Shown here: positions 1-9,359 of the stretch, one piece after another
How the letters are laid out: each line of letters begins with the position of its first letter
How positions within the stretch are numbered: position 1 is the stretch's first letter
Source of the DNA: Thermoplasmata archaeon
Lineage (GTDB): Archaea; Thermoplasmatota; Thermoplasmata; Lutacidiplasmatales; UBA184
DNA length: 64,000 nt
Assembly: GCA_028864975.1 (NCBI GenBank)
Contig: JAGWLG010000005.1
Location: 69,515 to 133,514 of the forward strand
Direction of reading: 5' to 3'
Made by a program: the position numbers and the translations under genes
Notes under the pieces: model-generated
Database searches by the model: none
What the model was told of the DNA's origin: nothing
Seen by the model: only the letters and a program-made list of their open reading frames with translations

Positions 1-759
1 AGTTCGGTCGTCGTCGTCACGGTCACCATGCCCACTTCTCCCTCGTCGGGTTCCCCGTCCCCGACCTCGCTCTCCGACCTCTTCTCGCTGAGCAGCCCAT
101 GGCTCTTCCTTCTTCTAGCGCTGGTCGTCGCCGCGCTGCTGCTCGCGGCCCTCTACGTCCGCCGACGACGGCATCCGTCGGCCGCCGTCGGGGCGTCAGC
201 TTCGGCTACGGGTCCGAGCTGGGCCGCTTCTCCTGCGACCGAGCCTTCGCCCCAAGCGGAGCCCCCCGAGGCCACGGTCGCTGAGCCCGGATTCTCCGGG
301 ACCGCCGGTTCAGAGTTCGCGCCAGCAACCGCGACATCTGAGGTCCCCGGGGAAAGCGAGTCCGATGGAGCCGAGGAGGTCATGCTCGAGGAGCCTCCTC
401 CGTCCCCCGTTCCCGACACGCCCGAAACCCCAGCGACACCGACGGATGGCCCGGGACCGGACTCTGCCACAGACGCGGCGCCTCTATCCTCTGGCGGGAC
501 CGAAGACGGACCTGGGGGGGCTAGTGAGGCCCCCGCGGAGCCCCTGGGGCACGGGCCGTCGATCACGACCGAACCCGCGAAGGATGGAGGGGAGGGCGAC
601 GCCCGGTCGCCCGCGGTCGCGGTCCCCTCTGCGGAGCCGGGACCCACCAGCGCCCCCCCAGGCGCCGACGCGGGCAGCGGGACGCAGGCTTCTGTGCCGG
701 CACCATCGAAGAAGCGGATGAAGCTCCGGCGGAAGAAGGACCAGGACGGAGAATCCTAG
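1..759 (+). CDS. C-terminal part of a membrane-anchored surface protein (5' partial): TM helix plus acidic Pro/Ser-rich tail
   Basis: Frame +1 is open from base 1 (SSVVVVTVTMP...), so the gene probably starts before the window. Hydrophobic WLFLLLALVVAALLLAALYV is followed by RRRRH and a disordered P/E/S/A tail. Confidence 0.8.
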   Translation, partial: SSVVVVTVTMPTSPSSGSPSPTSLSDLFSLSSPWLFLLLALVVAALLLAALYVRRRRHPSAAVGASASATGPSWAASPATEPSPQAEPPEATVAEPGFSGTAGSEFAPATATSEVPGESESDGAEEVMLEEPPPSPVPDTPETPATPTDGPGPDSATDAAPLSSGGTEDGPGGASEAPAEPLGHGPSITTEPAKDGGEGDARSPAVAVPSAEPGPTSAPPGADAGSGTQASVPAPSKKRMKLRRKKDQDGES

Positions 760-773
760 CGGACGGATGCGAC

Positions 774-1679
774 TCAGCGCCCCGCACTGGGCGGGACCAG
801 TCGGAACCACAGCGTGCCTCGCGTGCCTCCTTCCGGGGAAGGCAGGCCTCGACCAAGGTAGCGCACGTGCTGCCCATACCGGGCCCCCTTCGGGACAGCG
901 ACCTCGATCGTCTCGAGCGGGGTCTGGTAGGAGAGGTGGGTTCCGTGCGACAGGCTCCTGGACGGGACCGGGAGGTCCAGGACCAGGTCGGACCCCCTTC
1001 TCGCCCAAGTCCCTCGACGAAGGGAGATCCGGAGGAACAGGTCCCCCTGCCCCCCTTGGAGCAGCGGCTGGCCCTGTCCGGGGACGCAGAGGCGTTGACC
1101 GTCCTCGAGCCCCGGGGGAAGCCGCACTTCGGTCCAGGAGGCGAGTAACAGATAGCCGAGGCCGCGACAAGGTAGGCAGGGGCTGGGGGCGAACCCTGTC
1201 TCGAGCAGCCCTCGCCCGCCGCAACGCAGGCAGCTCTCCCGCGTGCGGACCCCGAGGAAGACCTCCTCCGGCCCGAAGCCGCTCCCCCCGCACGAAGTGC
1301 ATCCCACCGCACCCCTCCGAGAGGCCACGCCCTCCCCCCCGCAGGCCGGGCAGGGGGCCGCGCGCGGGACCCGGAGGCGGACACGGCAGCCGGTGAAGAG
1401 CTCGCGTAGCCCGAGCACGACCGTGGTCTCGAGGTCCGCGTGACCGGCGTCCTTGGTGGTGAGGGACGCATCGTAGGCCCGTCGCTCGTCTTCGTTCGAA
1501 AGCGTGTGGTAGGCCTCGTTCACGGCTTTGAACCGCTCGGCGGCCGAGTCGTCCCCCGGGTGGAGGTCGGGATGGCACTCGTGCGCCCGATGCCGGAACG
1601 CCTCGTGGATCTCCTCAGAGGTAGCGTCGTGCTCCACGCCGAGGATCCCATAGTAGTCGGGGGATGCGACCTCGGGCAT
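774..1679 (-). CDS. dnaJ: DnaJ-class co-chaperone: J domain, four CxxCxGxG zinc-finger repeats, C-terminal domain; no G/F region
   Basis: DYYGILGV, HPD motif (HECHPDLHPGD), AERFKAVNEAYHTLS; CPACGGEG, CTSCGGSG, CLRCGGRG, CLPCRGLG. ATG at 1679 preferred over 1691. Confidence 0.85.
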   Translation of the reverse strand: MPEVASPDYYGILGVEHDATSEEIHEAFRHRAHECHPDLHPGDDSAAERFKAVNEAYHTLSNEDERRAYDASLTTKDAGHADLETTVVLGLRELFTGCRVRLRVPRAAPCPACGGEGVASRRGAVGCTSCGGSGFGPEEVFLGVRTRESCLRCGGRGLLETGFAPSPCLPCRGLGYLLLASWTEVRLPPGLEDGQRLCVPGQGQPLLQGGQGDLFLRISLRRGTWARRGSDLVLDLPVPSRSLSHGTHLSYQTPLETIEVAVPKGARYGQHVRYLGRGLPSPEGGTRGTLWFRLVPPSAGR

Positions 1680-1883
1680 GTGGCCTCGCAACTAGTCCCG
1701 TTTGCGGGGATGTGCCTCATAAAGCCCGGGGGTCGAGTGGAAGCTCCGGGGCAGGCCAAGCCCTCCGTGGGCCGCGAGCCCACGTGGCCGGCTCAGGAGG
1801 CGTGGGCACGGGGCTTTGTGCGGTAAGGATGGGCTCCGGGGGCCAGGGACAGGGATAGATACGCGTAGGGCCATGCAGTCCTC

Positions 1884-4800
1884 ATGGCCGACGCCACTCG
1901 CCCGCTCCTGCATCGAACCCGGACCGATCTCCTGCGATGGACCGCGTTGCTCCTCGTCGGGGTCTCGCTCGCATCTTCGGCCGGGGCCGTCGGGGCCGGG
2001 ACCGCCCCCCATCCCGAGACTCCTGCGCAAGTCCCACAGGCGGTTCCTCTCCCCGGAGAGCCGAGCGCCCAGCCTCTCTGCATCTCCTGCTCGCTCGAGA
2101 GTGGCGCAGGAGAACACCCCCTCCTCGCGACGCCCCTCAGCTCCGTTTCTCCCCTTGCCCTCCTCGCTGACCCCCCGGTCTCCCCGGGTCCCGGCCCAGT
2201 CATCACGTCGGGGCCTGGAAGGCCGCTCTTCGTGACCTCGAGTTCCGGGTGGAACGGTATCGATGGCTCGACGGGGGGCGGATGGACCCCCCCCGATACC
2301 GTCGGGGCCGCGAGCTCGAGCCAGTTCGCCGAGTTCGTCAATCTTTACTGGGAGGTGTACAGCCGGAGCGGGGCGGTCCTTCAGTCCGAGAGCGCAGCCA
2401 CGTTCTTTGGCACCACGGACAGCCTGTCCGATCCTCAGGTCTTGTATGACCCGGCGAGCGGCCACTGGTTCGTCTCGCTCATCGACATCAGCTCGAAGAC
2501 CATCACCATCCAAGTCTCCCAGACCAGCGATGCTACGGGGTCGTGGTGGCAGTACGCGGGCTACAGCCCTGGAGGCTCGCTCTTCCCCGACCAGCCCGTG
2601 ATGGGGTTCAACTCGAACACGTTCATCATCTCCTCGAACATCTTCCAGGGGAACACTTTCAAGCACTCCGAGGCGTGGGTCCTCAACAAGACCCAGATGA
2701 TGTCGGGGACCACCCCGGCATCGACCACGTTCAACAACGGCCTCGGCTCCGCCCACCCCATCACCGACTACGGTCCGCTGAACACCATGTACCTGGTCAG
2801 CGACGGCTTCGGGAGGGCCGGCAGCTTGGGCCTCATTGCGGTGACGGGGACCCCGCCCGGAGGGGTCTCCACTTCGCAGCAGAACCCGGGGATTGCCCCC
2901 GCCGAGAAGGCCGTGGCGAACCCTGCGGATGCGGGCGGCGGGAGCGTCAATGTCGACGATGGTCGTATCGGGTCCGCGGCGTACCAGAACGGGGTCATCT
3001 GGGCCACGGCCAACGACGGATGCGCGGTCGCCACGTGCGCGAGGCTCTTCCAGATCACCGCTGCGACCCATACGATCACCCAGGACTTCGACTGGTACCC
3101 CTCCGCGGGGGTCTCCGCGTTCTACCCGGCGGCCTCGTTCGACAGCTTGGGCGACCTCGGGATCCTGGTCTCGGTCGTGAGCTCCACCACCTACGCCAGC
3201 ATGGACATCACGGGACAACTCTTGAGCGATCCCTCGGGGACCCTGGAGACCCCTGTGATGGTCGCCACGGGAACTTCCGCCCAGACGTCCACGCGATTCG
3301 GGGATTACTCAGGCCTCCAGCCGGACCCCGGTACGGTGAGCGGATTCTGCGGGTCCGGGGAGTGGGACGGTCCGGCTGGCGCCGGCTCTTGGAACACCTG
3401 GAACGATTGCTTCAACGTCACCGCCACTGCCCCCACGCCGAAGGTCTCGTTCGTGCTGAGCCCCACGAGCGGAGCCGGATCGGTGCAGTTCAACGGGAAC
3501 ACCTACTACAACGGCCAGACGGTCACCATCGCGGCCGGGACCTATTCCCTGGGGCAGACCACCAACGCCGGGTGGCACTTCTCGTCCTGGACGACCTCGG
3601 GAGGTCTCACCGTAGGGGCCGGTACCCTGGCCGTCACCTCCTCCGGGACCCTCACCGCGACCTACGTCCAGTATCCCCAGGTCTCCTTCACGGTGAGTCC
3701 GGTCGGGTGCCAACCGATCACGTTCAACACGACGACGTGGAACAGCGGGACCTCGGGGAGCTTCTACACCTCCGGGAGCCCCTTCACGGCCTCCATCGCG
3801 GCCTGTGCTGGCTACACCTTCAGTACCTGGAGCTCGACCGGCGGGATCGCGCTCGGAACACCCGGTGCCCTGAGCACCTCCGTCACCCTGACGGACAACG
3901 GGACGCTCACCGCGACGTTCACGCGGACCACCTACGCTGTGAGCGTCGTGATCTCCCCCGGACCAGGCAGCGGCTACGCCAAGATCGGAGGGACCCCGTA
4001 CTTCAACGGGAACACGGCGAACCTGGCTGCCGGGAGCTACGCGCTCGCCTTCGTCGCATCACCGGGATGGGCCTTCTCCACCTGGTCGGCGACCGGGGGC
4101 GCTGCGATCGGGGCTGGAACCCTCACGGTGAGCGGGGCGGGAACCCTCACCGAGACCTTCGCCCAGCACCCCCTGGTCTCCTTTACGGTCAGCCCCGCGG
4201 CCTGCCAGCCGATCACGTTCAATACGACGACGTGGAACAGCGGGACCTCGGGGAACTTCTACACCTCCGGAAGTCCCTTCACGGCCTCCGTCGCGGCCTG
4301 CGGCGGCTACACTTTCAGCACTTGGAGCTCCACTGGTGGGGTCGCACTAGGGACCCCCGGAGCCCTGAGCACTTCCGTGACCCTGACCAACAATGGGACG
4401 CTCACCGCAACGTTCACCGGGACCATCTATGCCGTCGGTGTCGTGATTTCCCCGGGAGTGGGTAGCGGCTACGCCAAGATCGGCGGGACCTCGTACTTCA
4501 ACGGGAACACGGCGAACCTGGCGGCGGGGAGCTACGCGCTCGCCTTCGTCGCCTCCCCGGGATGGGCCTTCTCCACCTGGTCGGCGACCGGGGGCGCTGC
4601 CATCGGAGCGGGGACGCTGACCGTAAGCGGCGCAGGGACCCTCACCGAGACCTTCGCCCAGTTCCCCCTGGTCTCCTTCACGGTCAGCCCCTCCGGCTGT
4701 CAACCGATCACGTTCAATGCGACGACCTGGAACAGCGGGACCTCCGGGAGCTTCTACACCTCCGGGAGCCCCTTCACGGCGTCCATCGCGGCTTGCGCGG

Positions 4801-7595
4801 GCTACACCTTCAGTACCTGGAGCTCGACGGGCGGGATCGCGCTGGGCACGCCGGGTTCCCTGAGCACCTCCGTCGCTTTGACCGACAACGGTACGCTGAC
4901 CGCGACGTTCGCCGCCGCGACCCCGACCGTCTCGTTCACGATCTCCCCGGGCGCCGGCGCCGGGATCATCACGGTGGGAGGGACGAACTACTACAACGGC
5001 AACTCGGCCTCGCTGGCCTCCGGGACTTACACCCTCGCCATGACGGCGACCGCGGGATGGCACTTCTCCGCCTGGTCGACGACCGGTGGAGTCTCGGTGG
5101 GTCCCTCGGGCCTTTCCGTCACCGCCTCGGGCACCCTCACGGCCACGTTCGTCGGCTACCCGTGGGTGAGCTTCTCCGCGGTCGGTTACACCGGGTGCGG
5201 ACCGGTGGTCTTCAATGGAACGTCGCAGATCACCGGCGGCGGGAACTTCTACACCTCTCTGAGCCCCTACACGGCGAGCGTCGCGCACTGCGCCGGCGCG
5301 GTCTTCTCCACCTGGGCCCCCACCGGCGGGGTCAGCGTGGCGACGCCCGGCGCGCAGAGCACTTCGGTCACCCTCACGGACAACGGCACCCTCACCGCGA
5401 GCTTCGTCCCGGAGAGCTACAACGTGAACCTCCACATCACGCCAGCCGCGTCGCCGACGGGAGGGACGATCAGCCTGAACGGGGCGACCTACTACGATGG
5501 ACAGGTCGCCTCGCTGACGGCGGGGTTCTACCCCATCTCTTACACTGCGTCGCCGAACTTCCTCTTCGCCAACTGGTCGACCGCGGGGTCCGTCTCCTTT
5601 GCGGGGGCGGACCTGAACGTCCTAGGCAACGGGTCCGTCTACATCACCTTCGTTCAGGCCTACACCACGACCTTCTACCTCACCCCCTCCGCCTGCGCTG
5701 CGATCGCCTCGATCAACTTCATGGGCATCGCCTTCACCAGCGGGGGGGGCCGCATGTTCCAGTCGCTGACGAGCTCGGCGACCGCCTCGGGCTGCACGGG
5801 CTACGCCTTCAGTACCTGGTCGACGACCGGCGGGGCCTCGGTCTCCAGCGCCACGCTGAACCCGACGATGCTCACCGCCGCGGGCAACGGGACCTTGACC
5901 GCCAGCTACTCGCAGAACTCGACGACGACCTACGCCATCACGCTGGACGCGACCCCTGCGTCCTGCGGTCCGGTCACCTTCAACGGGGCTTCCTACGCTA
6001 GCGGGAGCACGGTCAACGTCGCGGCCTCGAGCTACAGCATCTCCGTGTCCGCTTGCTCCGGGTACACCTTCGCCGGGTGGACGTCCTCGACTTCCTCGAA
6101 CACCGTGCTGTCTCCCGGGGCGCTCTCGACCACGGCGACGGTGGGGGCAGCGGGGACGCTCACGGCCACGTTCACCCCGGTGGGGACCACCTATTCGATC
6201 ACTCTGGCAGCCTCCCCTGCGTCCTGCGGTCCGATCGTCTTCAACGGCACGTCGTACGCGAGCGGCAGCGTCGCCACCGTCTCTGGTGGGACCTGGCCGC
6301 TGGTCGCGAACGCCTGCTCAGGGTACACTTTCGCTGGATGGACCGCCACCTCCCCGAACGTCGTCACGTCCCCGGGCTCCTCCAGCACCACCGCCACGAT
6401 CTCTGGCACGGGTACCATCACCGCCCTCTACACCGCCGTGGTGACCACCTACTCCGTCACCATCTCGACCGCGCCCTCGACCTGCGGGTCCGTCACCCTC
6501 GGTACGACGACGTACACCAATGGCCAGACCGCCAACCTGAGGGCGGGAAACTATGCCGTGGCGGTCGCTTCCTGCACCGGCTATCTCCCTGCCCCTTCGT
6601 TCCAGGTGGGTGGAGGCGTGAGCTTGAACGCGCTCGACACGCAGCTCACCGTGAGCGGCGACGGCTCGCTCTCCCTCAACTTCGTGGAGCTCCTATCGGT
6701 CAAGCTCACCGCGGGGGCCACGAACACCACGACGGGAACGGTGGACCCCTTCACGGTGAGCCTCACCGGAGGTCGGGCTCCCTACACCGTGATCTGGGAC
6801 TTCGCGGATGGGACCCCCTGGGTGCACGCGAACCTCACCTCAACCTCGGGGGTACAGCCCCACGCGTTCTCGAGCGCGAGCGTCTACCCGGTCGCCGTCC
6901 TGGTCGCGGACAGCTCGGGCCAGGTCGTGCTCGCCATGGTCCAAGTGACCGTCGCGTCGAGCGGACCCGCGCCCTCGAGCTCGCCTCTGGGGAGCCTGGG
7001 AGGGCTTCTCCTTCTGCTCATCATCCTCGCGCTCGTGGCGGTCATCTTCGGTGTGGGCATGGCCCAGCGGCGGCGGCACCGCACCGAGGCGCAGACCGCA
7101 GAAGCGGGGGCCGGTGCGCTCGCGGCCTCGGGGCTCTCCGAGCCCGCTCCCCCCCCATCCCCCAGCGAGGCCCCCCCACCTCCGCCCCCCAGCTCGGATG
7201 AGGTCCCGCCTCCGCCTCCCGCCGACGAGATCCCACCTCCGCCCCCTGACGACACGCCACCCCCGCCACCGTCGGAGACCGGTGAGGGCGACAGTTCTGA
7301 ACCCGCCTCCGAGGCTCCGGAAGAGGCGTCGACGGGCGAGGGGGAAGCGACCGACGCGCCGAGCGAGCCCGACCCTGCCGAGGACACCGGCGATGGCGCA
7401 CCCTCGTCCTCCAATCCCGACGCCTCGGCCCCTAGTTCGGAGGAGGGCCCGACGGATGCCTCGCTTCCCTCCGCCCCATCACCGGACGCCGGCGACGAGG
7501 GCCCTTCTTCGTCCCCGAGCGCGGAGCCTTCCTCCTCCCCCCCCGAGGATGCTTCCGACGAGGTTCACGTCGAGACCGACGCTCCCGAAATCTGA
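1884..7595 (+). CDS. Large surface protein (1903 aa): signal peptide, beta-propeller-like N-domain, tandem beta-sandwich repeats, PKD-like domain, TM, acidic Pro-rich tail
   Basis: Hydrophobic N-terminus; PPDTVGAA, SDPQVLYD, PDQPVMG and RFGDYSG motifs; repeated W(S/T)xTGG...GTLTATF modules; VIWDFADG (PKD); TM LLLLLIILALVAVIFGVG followed by QRRRHR. Confidence 0.9.
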   Translation: MADATRPLLHRTRTDLLRWTALLLVGVSLASSAGAVGAGTAPHPETPAQVPQAVPLPGEPSAQPLCISCSLESGAGEHPLLATPLSSVSPLALLADPPVSPGPGPVITSGPGRPLFVTSSSGWNGIDGSTGGGWTPPDTVGAASSSQFAEFVNLYWEVYSRSGAVLQSESAATFFGTTDSLSDPQVLYDPASGHWFVSLIDISSKTITIQVSQTSDATGSWWQYAGYSPGGSLFPDQPVMGFNSNTFIISSNIFQGNTFKHSEAWVLNKTQMMSGTTPASTTFNNGLGSAHPITDYGPLNTMYLVSDGFGRAGSLGLIAVTGTPPGGVSTSQQNPGIAPAEKAVANPADAGGGSVNVDDGRIGSAAYQNGVIWATANDGCAVATCARLFQITAATHTITQDFDWYPSAGVSAFYPAASFDSLGDLGILVSVVSSTTYASMDITGQLLSDPSGTLETPVMVATGTSAQTSTRFGDYSGLQPDPGTVSGFCGSGEWDGPAGAGSWNTWNDCFNVTATAPTPKVSFVLSPTSGAGSVQFNGNTYYNGQTVTIAAGTYSLGQTTNAGWHFSSWTTSGGLTVGAGTLAVTSSGTLTATYVQYPQVSFTVSPVGCQPITFNTTTWNSGTSGSFYTSGSPFTASIAACAGYTFSTWSSTGGIALGTPGALSTSVTLTDNGTLTATFTRTTYAVSVVISPGPGSGYAKIGGTPYFNGNTANLAAGSYALAFVASPGWAFSTWSATGGAAIGAGTLTVSGAGTLTETFAQHPLVSFTVSPAACQPITFNTTTWNSGTSGNFYTSGSPFTASVAACGGYTFSTWSSTGGVALGTPGALSTSVTLTNNGTLTATFTGTIYAVGVVISPGVGSGYAKIGGTSYFNGNTANLAAGSYALAFVASPGWAFSTWSATGGAAIGAGTLTVSGAGTLTETFAQFPLVSFTVSPSGCQPITFNATTWNSGTSGSFYTSGSPFTASIAACAGYTFSTWSSTGGIALGTPGSLSTSVALTDNGTLTATFAAATPTVSFTISPGAGAGIITVGGTNYYNGNSASLASGTYTLAMTATAGWHFSAWSTTGGVSVGPSGLSVTASGTLTATFVGYPWVSFSAVGYTGCGPVVFNGTSQITGGGNFYTSLSPYTASVAHCAGAVFSTWAPTGGVSVATPGAQSTSVTLTDNGTLTASFVPESYNVNLHITPAASPTGGTISLNGATYYDGQVASLTAGFYPISYTASPNFLFANWSTAGSVSFAGADLNVLGNGSVYITFVQAYTTTFYLTPSACAAIASINFMGIAFTSGGGRMFQSLTSSATASGCTGYAFSTWSTTGGASVSSATLNPTMLTAAGNGTLTASYSQNSTTTYAITLDATPASCGPVTFNGASYASGSTVNVAASSYSISVSACSGYTFAGWTSSTSSNTVLSPGALSTTATVGAAGTLTATFTPVGTTYSITLAASPASCGPIVFNGTSYASGSVATVSGGTWPLVANACSGYTFAGWTATSPNVVTSPGSSSTTATISGTGTITALYTAVVTTYSVTISTAPSTCGSVTLGTTTYTNGQTANLRAGNYAVAVASCTGYLPAPSFQVGGGVSLNALDTQLTVSGDGSLSLNFVELLSVKLTAGATNTTTGTVDPFTVSLTGGRAPYTVIWDFADGTPWVHANLTSTSGVQPHAFSSASVYPVAVLVADSSGQVVLAMVQVTVASSGPAPSSSPLGSLGGLLLLLIILALVAVIFGVGMAQRRRHRTEAQTAEAGAGALAASGLSEPAPPPSPSEAPPPPPPSSDEVPPPPPADEIPPPPPDDTPPPPPSETGEGDSSEPASEAPEEASTGEGEATDAPSEPDPAEDTGDGAPSSSNPDASAPSSEEGPTDASLPSAPSPDAGDEGPSSSPSAEPSSSPPEDASDEVHVETDAPEI
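3679..4915 (+). repeat. Intragenic tandem repeat with a 495-bp (165-aa) unit, about 2.5 copies
   Basis: GATCACGTTCAA starts at 3716, 4211 and 4706 (period 495). Protein unit VSFTVSPxxCQPITFNxTTWNSGTSGxFYTSGSPFTAS...; nucleotide differences are mostly synonymous. Confidence 0.9.
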
Positions 7596-7666
7596 ACAGG
7601 GGGTCTTAGCCGGCCCCCGAGCCCCCGCCGACGCCTTGATGTCCCGGTCGAAGTTCTGAGCTCGGG

Positions 7667-8038
7667 ATGAGCACTCCTCCTCCGCCCCGGCACCGCGAGG
7701 AACCCCCCTGGGCGAAGTACTTCGTCGTCGGGGTCTCCGTCACGGTCCTGGACCTCCTGCTCTACCCCTATCTCAAGCAGCAGATGACCGGGTCGGGTTC
7801 CCTGGTCCCCTACATCTCCTGGGCCTCGCTGCTCTTCTTCCTCCTCGTCGGGACGGCGATCGGCTACCTCATCGCGTGGAAGCGGGCGAGCGGCTACGCG
7901 ACGCTCGTGCCGACCGGGGCGGTCCTGGGCATCGTCGTGGGGTACGAGCTCGCCCAGAGGGACCCCACCCTGATGGTGGCATTGATGGTGGGGGTGGCGG
8001 CTTCCGGGCTCTCGATCCTCATCGGGTCGCTCTTCTAG
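7667..8038 (+). CDS. Small integral membrane protein (about 4 TM), unknown function
   Basis: 123 aa with four hydrophobic segments; GC-rich third codon positions. Confidence 0.75.
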   Translation: MSTPPPPRHREEPPWAKYFVVGVSVTVLDLLLYPYLKQQMTGSGSLVPYISWASLLFFLLVGTAIGYLIAWKRASGYATLVPTGAVLGIVVGYELAQRDPTLMVALMVGVAASGLSILIGSLF

Positions 8039-8768
8039 GCCTTCGCTCACCGGCCCGCTCAGTTCCGTGTCGAGCACCTTACAGGCGAGCGTCGCATCCC
8101 CTTCCTCTTCAAATGCCATGACGGGCGGTACCGAGCGAAAGAAGAACCATCTCGGACCGGCCCCGACGTCGGAACGTCCTGGACCCTTCCGCTCGCAAGA
8201 GCGGTCGGTCCCAAGGACCTCCTCCGCCGCGCCGACCTGAGGTGAACCCGCCCGTCGCCGCCCACGGCCCGCACTCGCCTCCCTTCCGGGACTCGCCTGT
8301 GCACGACCGAGGTCCCCGGCGCGAACGCCCCTCGCCGACGCCTCCGCCCAGGGTGCGGGACCCTGAGAGGAACGCGGAGCTGCGCACGACCGGAGTAGCG
8401 CGAGCCCGGCTTGGACACCGGACCCGCCCGCCCGGACGCCGCACGCCTCACGAGCGTCGCCGCGAGGGACCCCTTCCGGCCCGAGAGGGCTGTCCGCCAC
8501 CGCCACCCGCCGACCCCGGAAGTACGGGACGCGGGAGAGCTCGTCACGGAGAGGGCACGTCCGCCCTCGCTACGCGTCCGTGACCTGCGCAGGCGCCCGA
8601 CCAGGGCGTCGGCGCCTCTTCCGCGCCCCTCCGTGAGGAGGGACGCACGTCGTCCCCCGTCCGGACCCTTGGGGTCGCGGGCGGGCGGTCGACGCTCCGC
8701 GTTCCGTTCTCCCAGGGGATCGAGCCCCGGCCCCACGCGCGGTGGGCCGACGGGCTCGGAGAACGACG

Positions 8769-9167
8769 ATGTGTTCAAACCCTACGATGAGCCGACAGGC
8801 TCGAACCGCGGACCGCCCACCCAGGCCGAACTTGCCCGCCTCTCTGCCGCCGCCCCCCGAACCCTTGGCGACGGGTCCCACCACCCTGCTTCCGGAGCTG
8901 CCTCAGGGCGCTCGGTGCGTGGGATGGGTCAGGATCCCCCTGACCCTGACCTCCGCCCCCCGGGCGTACCTCTACGCGGTCCCTGGGGGCGTCCCCCTCT
9001 GGCTCGTGCGCCTTCCGAGCCAGGACGGCGCCCCCCGATGGTGCCGGTTGAGCCGGACCGAGCCGGTCCGGTGGGCCCTCGCCTCCGGCCTCCCGAAGGT
9101 CGCCCGGGCCGCGCTCGCCCTGCTCGCGAGGGCGGGGCACGCCACCTCCCCCCCGGAGGGCGCGTAG
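8769..9167 (+). CDS. Hypothetical protein, first gene of the ATPase/MTase cluster (start uncertain)
   Basis: Coding-like GC3 from about 8850 (CVGWVRIPL...LWLVRLP...RWALASGLPKVARAALALL). Stop TAG directly abuts the next ATG (TAGATG). Confidence 0.55.
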   Translation: MCSNPTMSRQARTADRPPRPNLPASLPPPPEPLATGPTTLLPELPQGARCVGWVRIPLTLTSAPRAYLYAVPGGVPLWLVRLPSQDGAPRWCRLSRTEPVRWALASGLPKVARAALALLARAGHATSPPEGA

Positions 9168-9359
9168 ATGGCGCCGACGACGAAGCGCTCGAACGCCGTC
9201 GAGCGCGACCTCTGCGGGGCGGTGCAGATCGCCCCGGGCCTCGCCGTGGCCATTGTGCCTCGCGGCGGGCTCACGCTCTTCGCGGTCGGGAGGGACCGCG
9301 TCGTGCGACGCTTCCGCCTATCGCCACCCCCCGCCGTTCGCCCCCGGGAGGGACCGTGA
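9168..9359 (+). CDS. Small hypothetical protein (63 aa)
   Basis: TAGATG junction upstream and GTGA overlap with the ATPase start downstream; beta-rich AVQIAPGLAVAIVPRGGLTLFAVG. Confidence 0.55.
   Translation: MAPTTKRSNAVERDLCGAVQIAPGLAVAIVPRGGLTLFAVGRDRVVRRFRLSPPPAVRPREGP

Noticed and set aside
1692-3218. Long antisense or alternative-frame ORFs (also 484-1578, 2543-4465, 16989-19640, 46149-48269, 54757-57234)
   Set aside because: Arg/Gly/Pro-rich shadow frames of real genes, as expected in high-GC DNA with few stop codons.
8203-8240. HDV-like ribozyme (GGTCGGT/GCCGACC 7-bp stem plus CCTCCTC)
   Set aside because: No P3 stem abutting P1, and no G after P1 to form P1.1.
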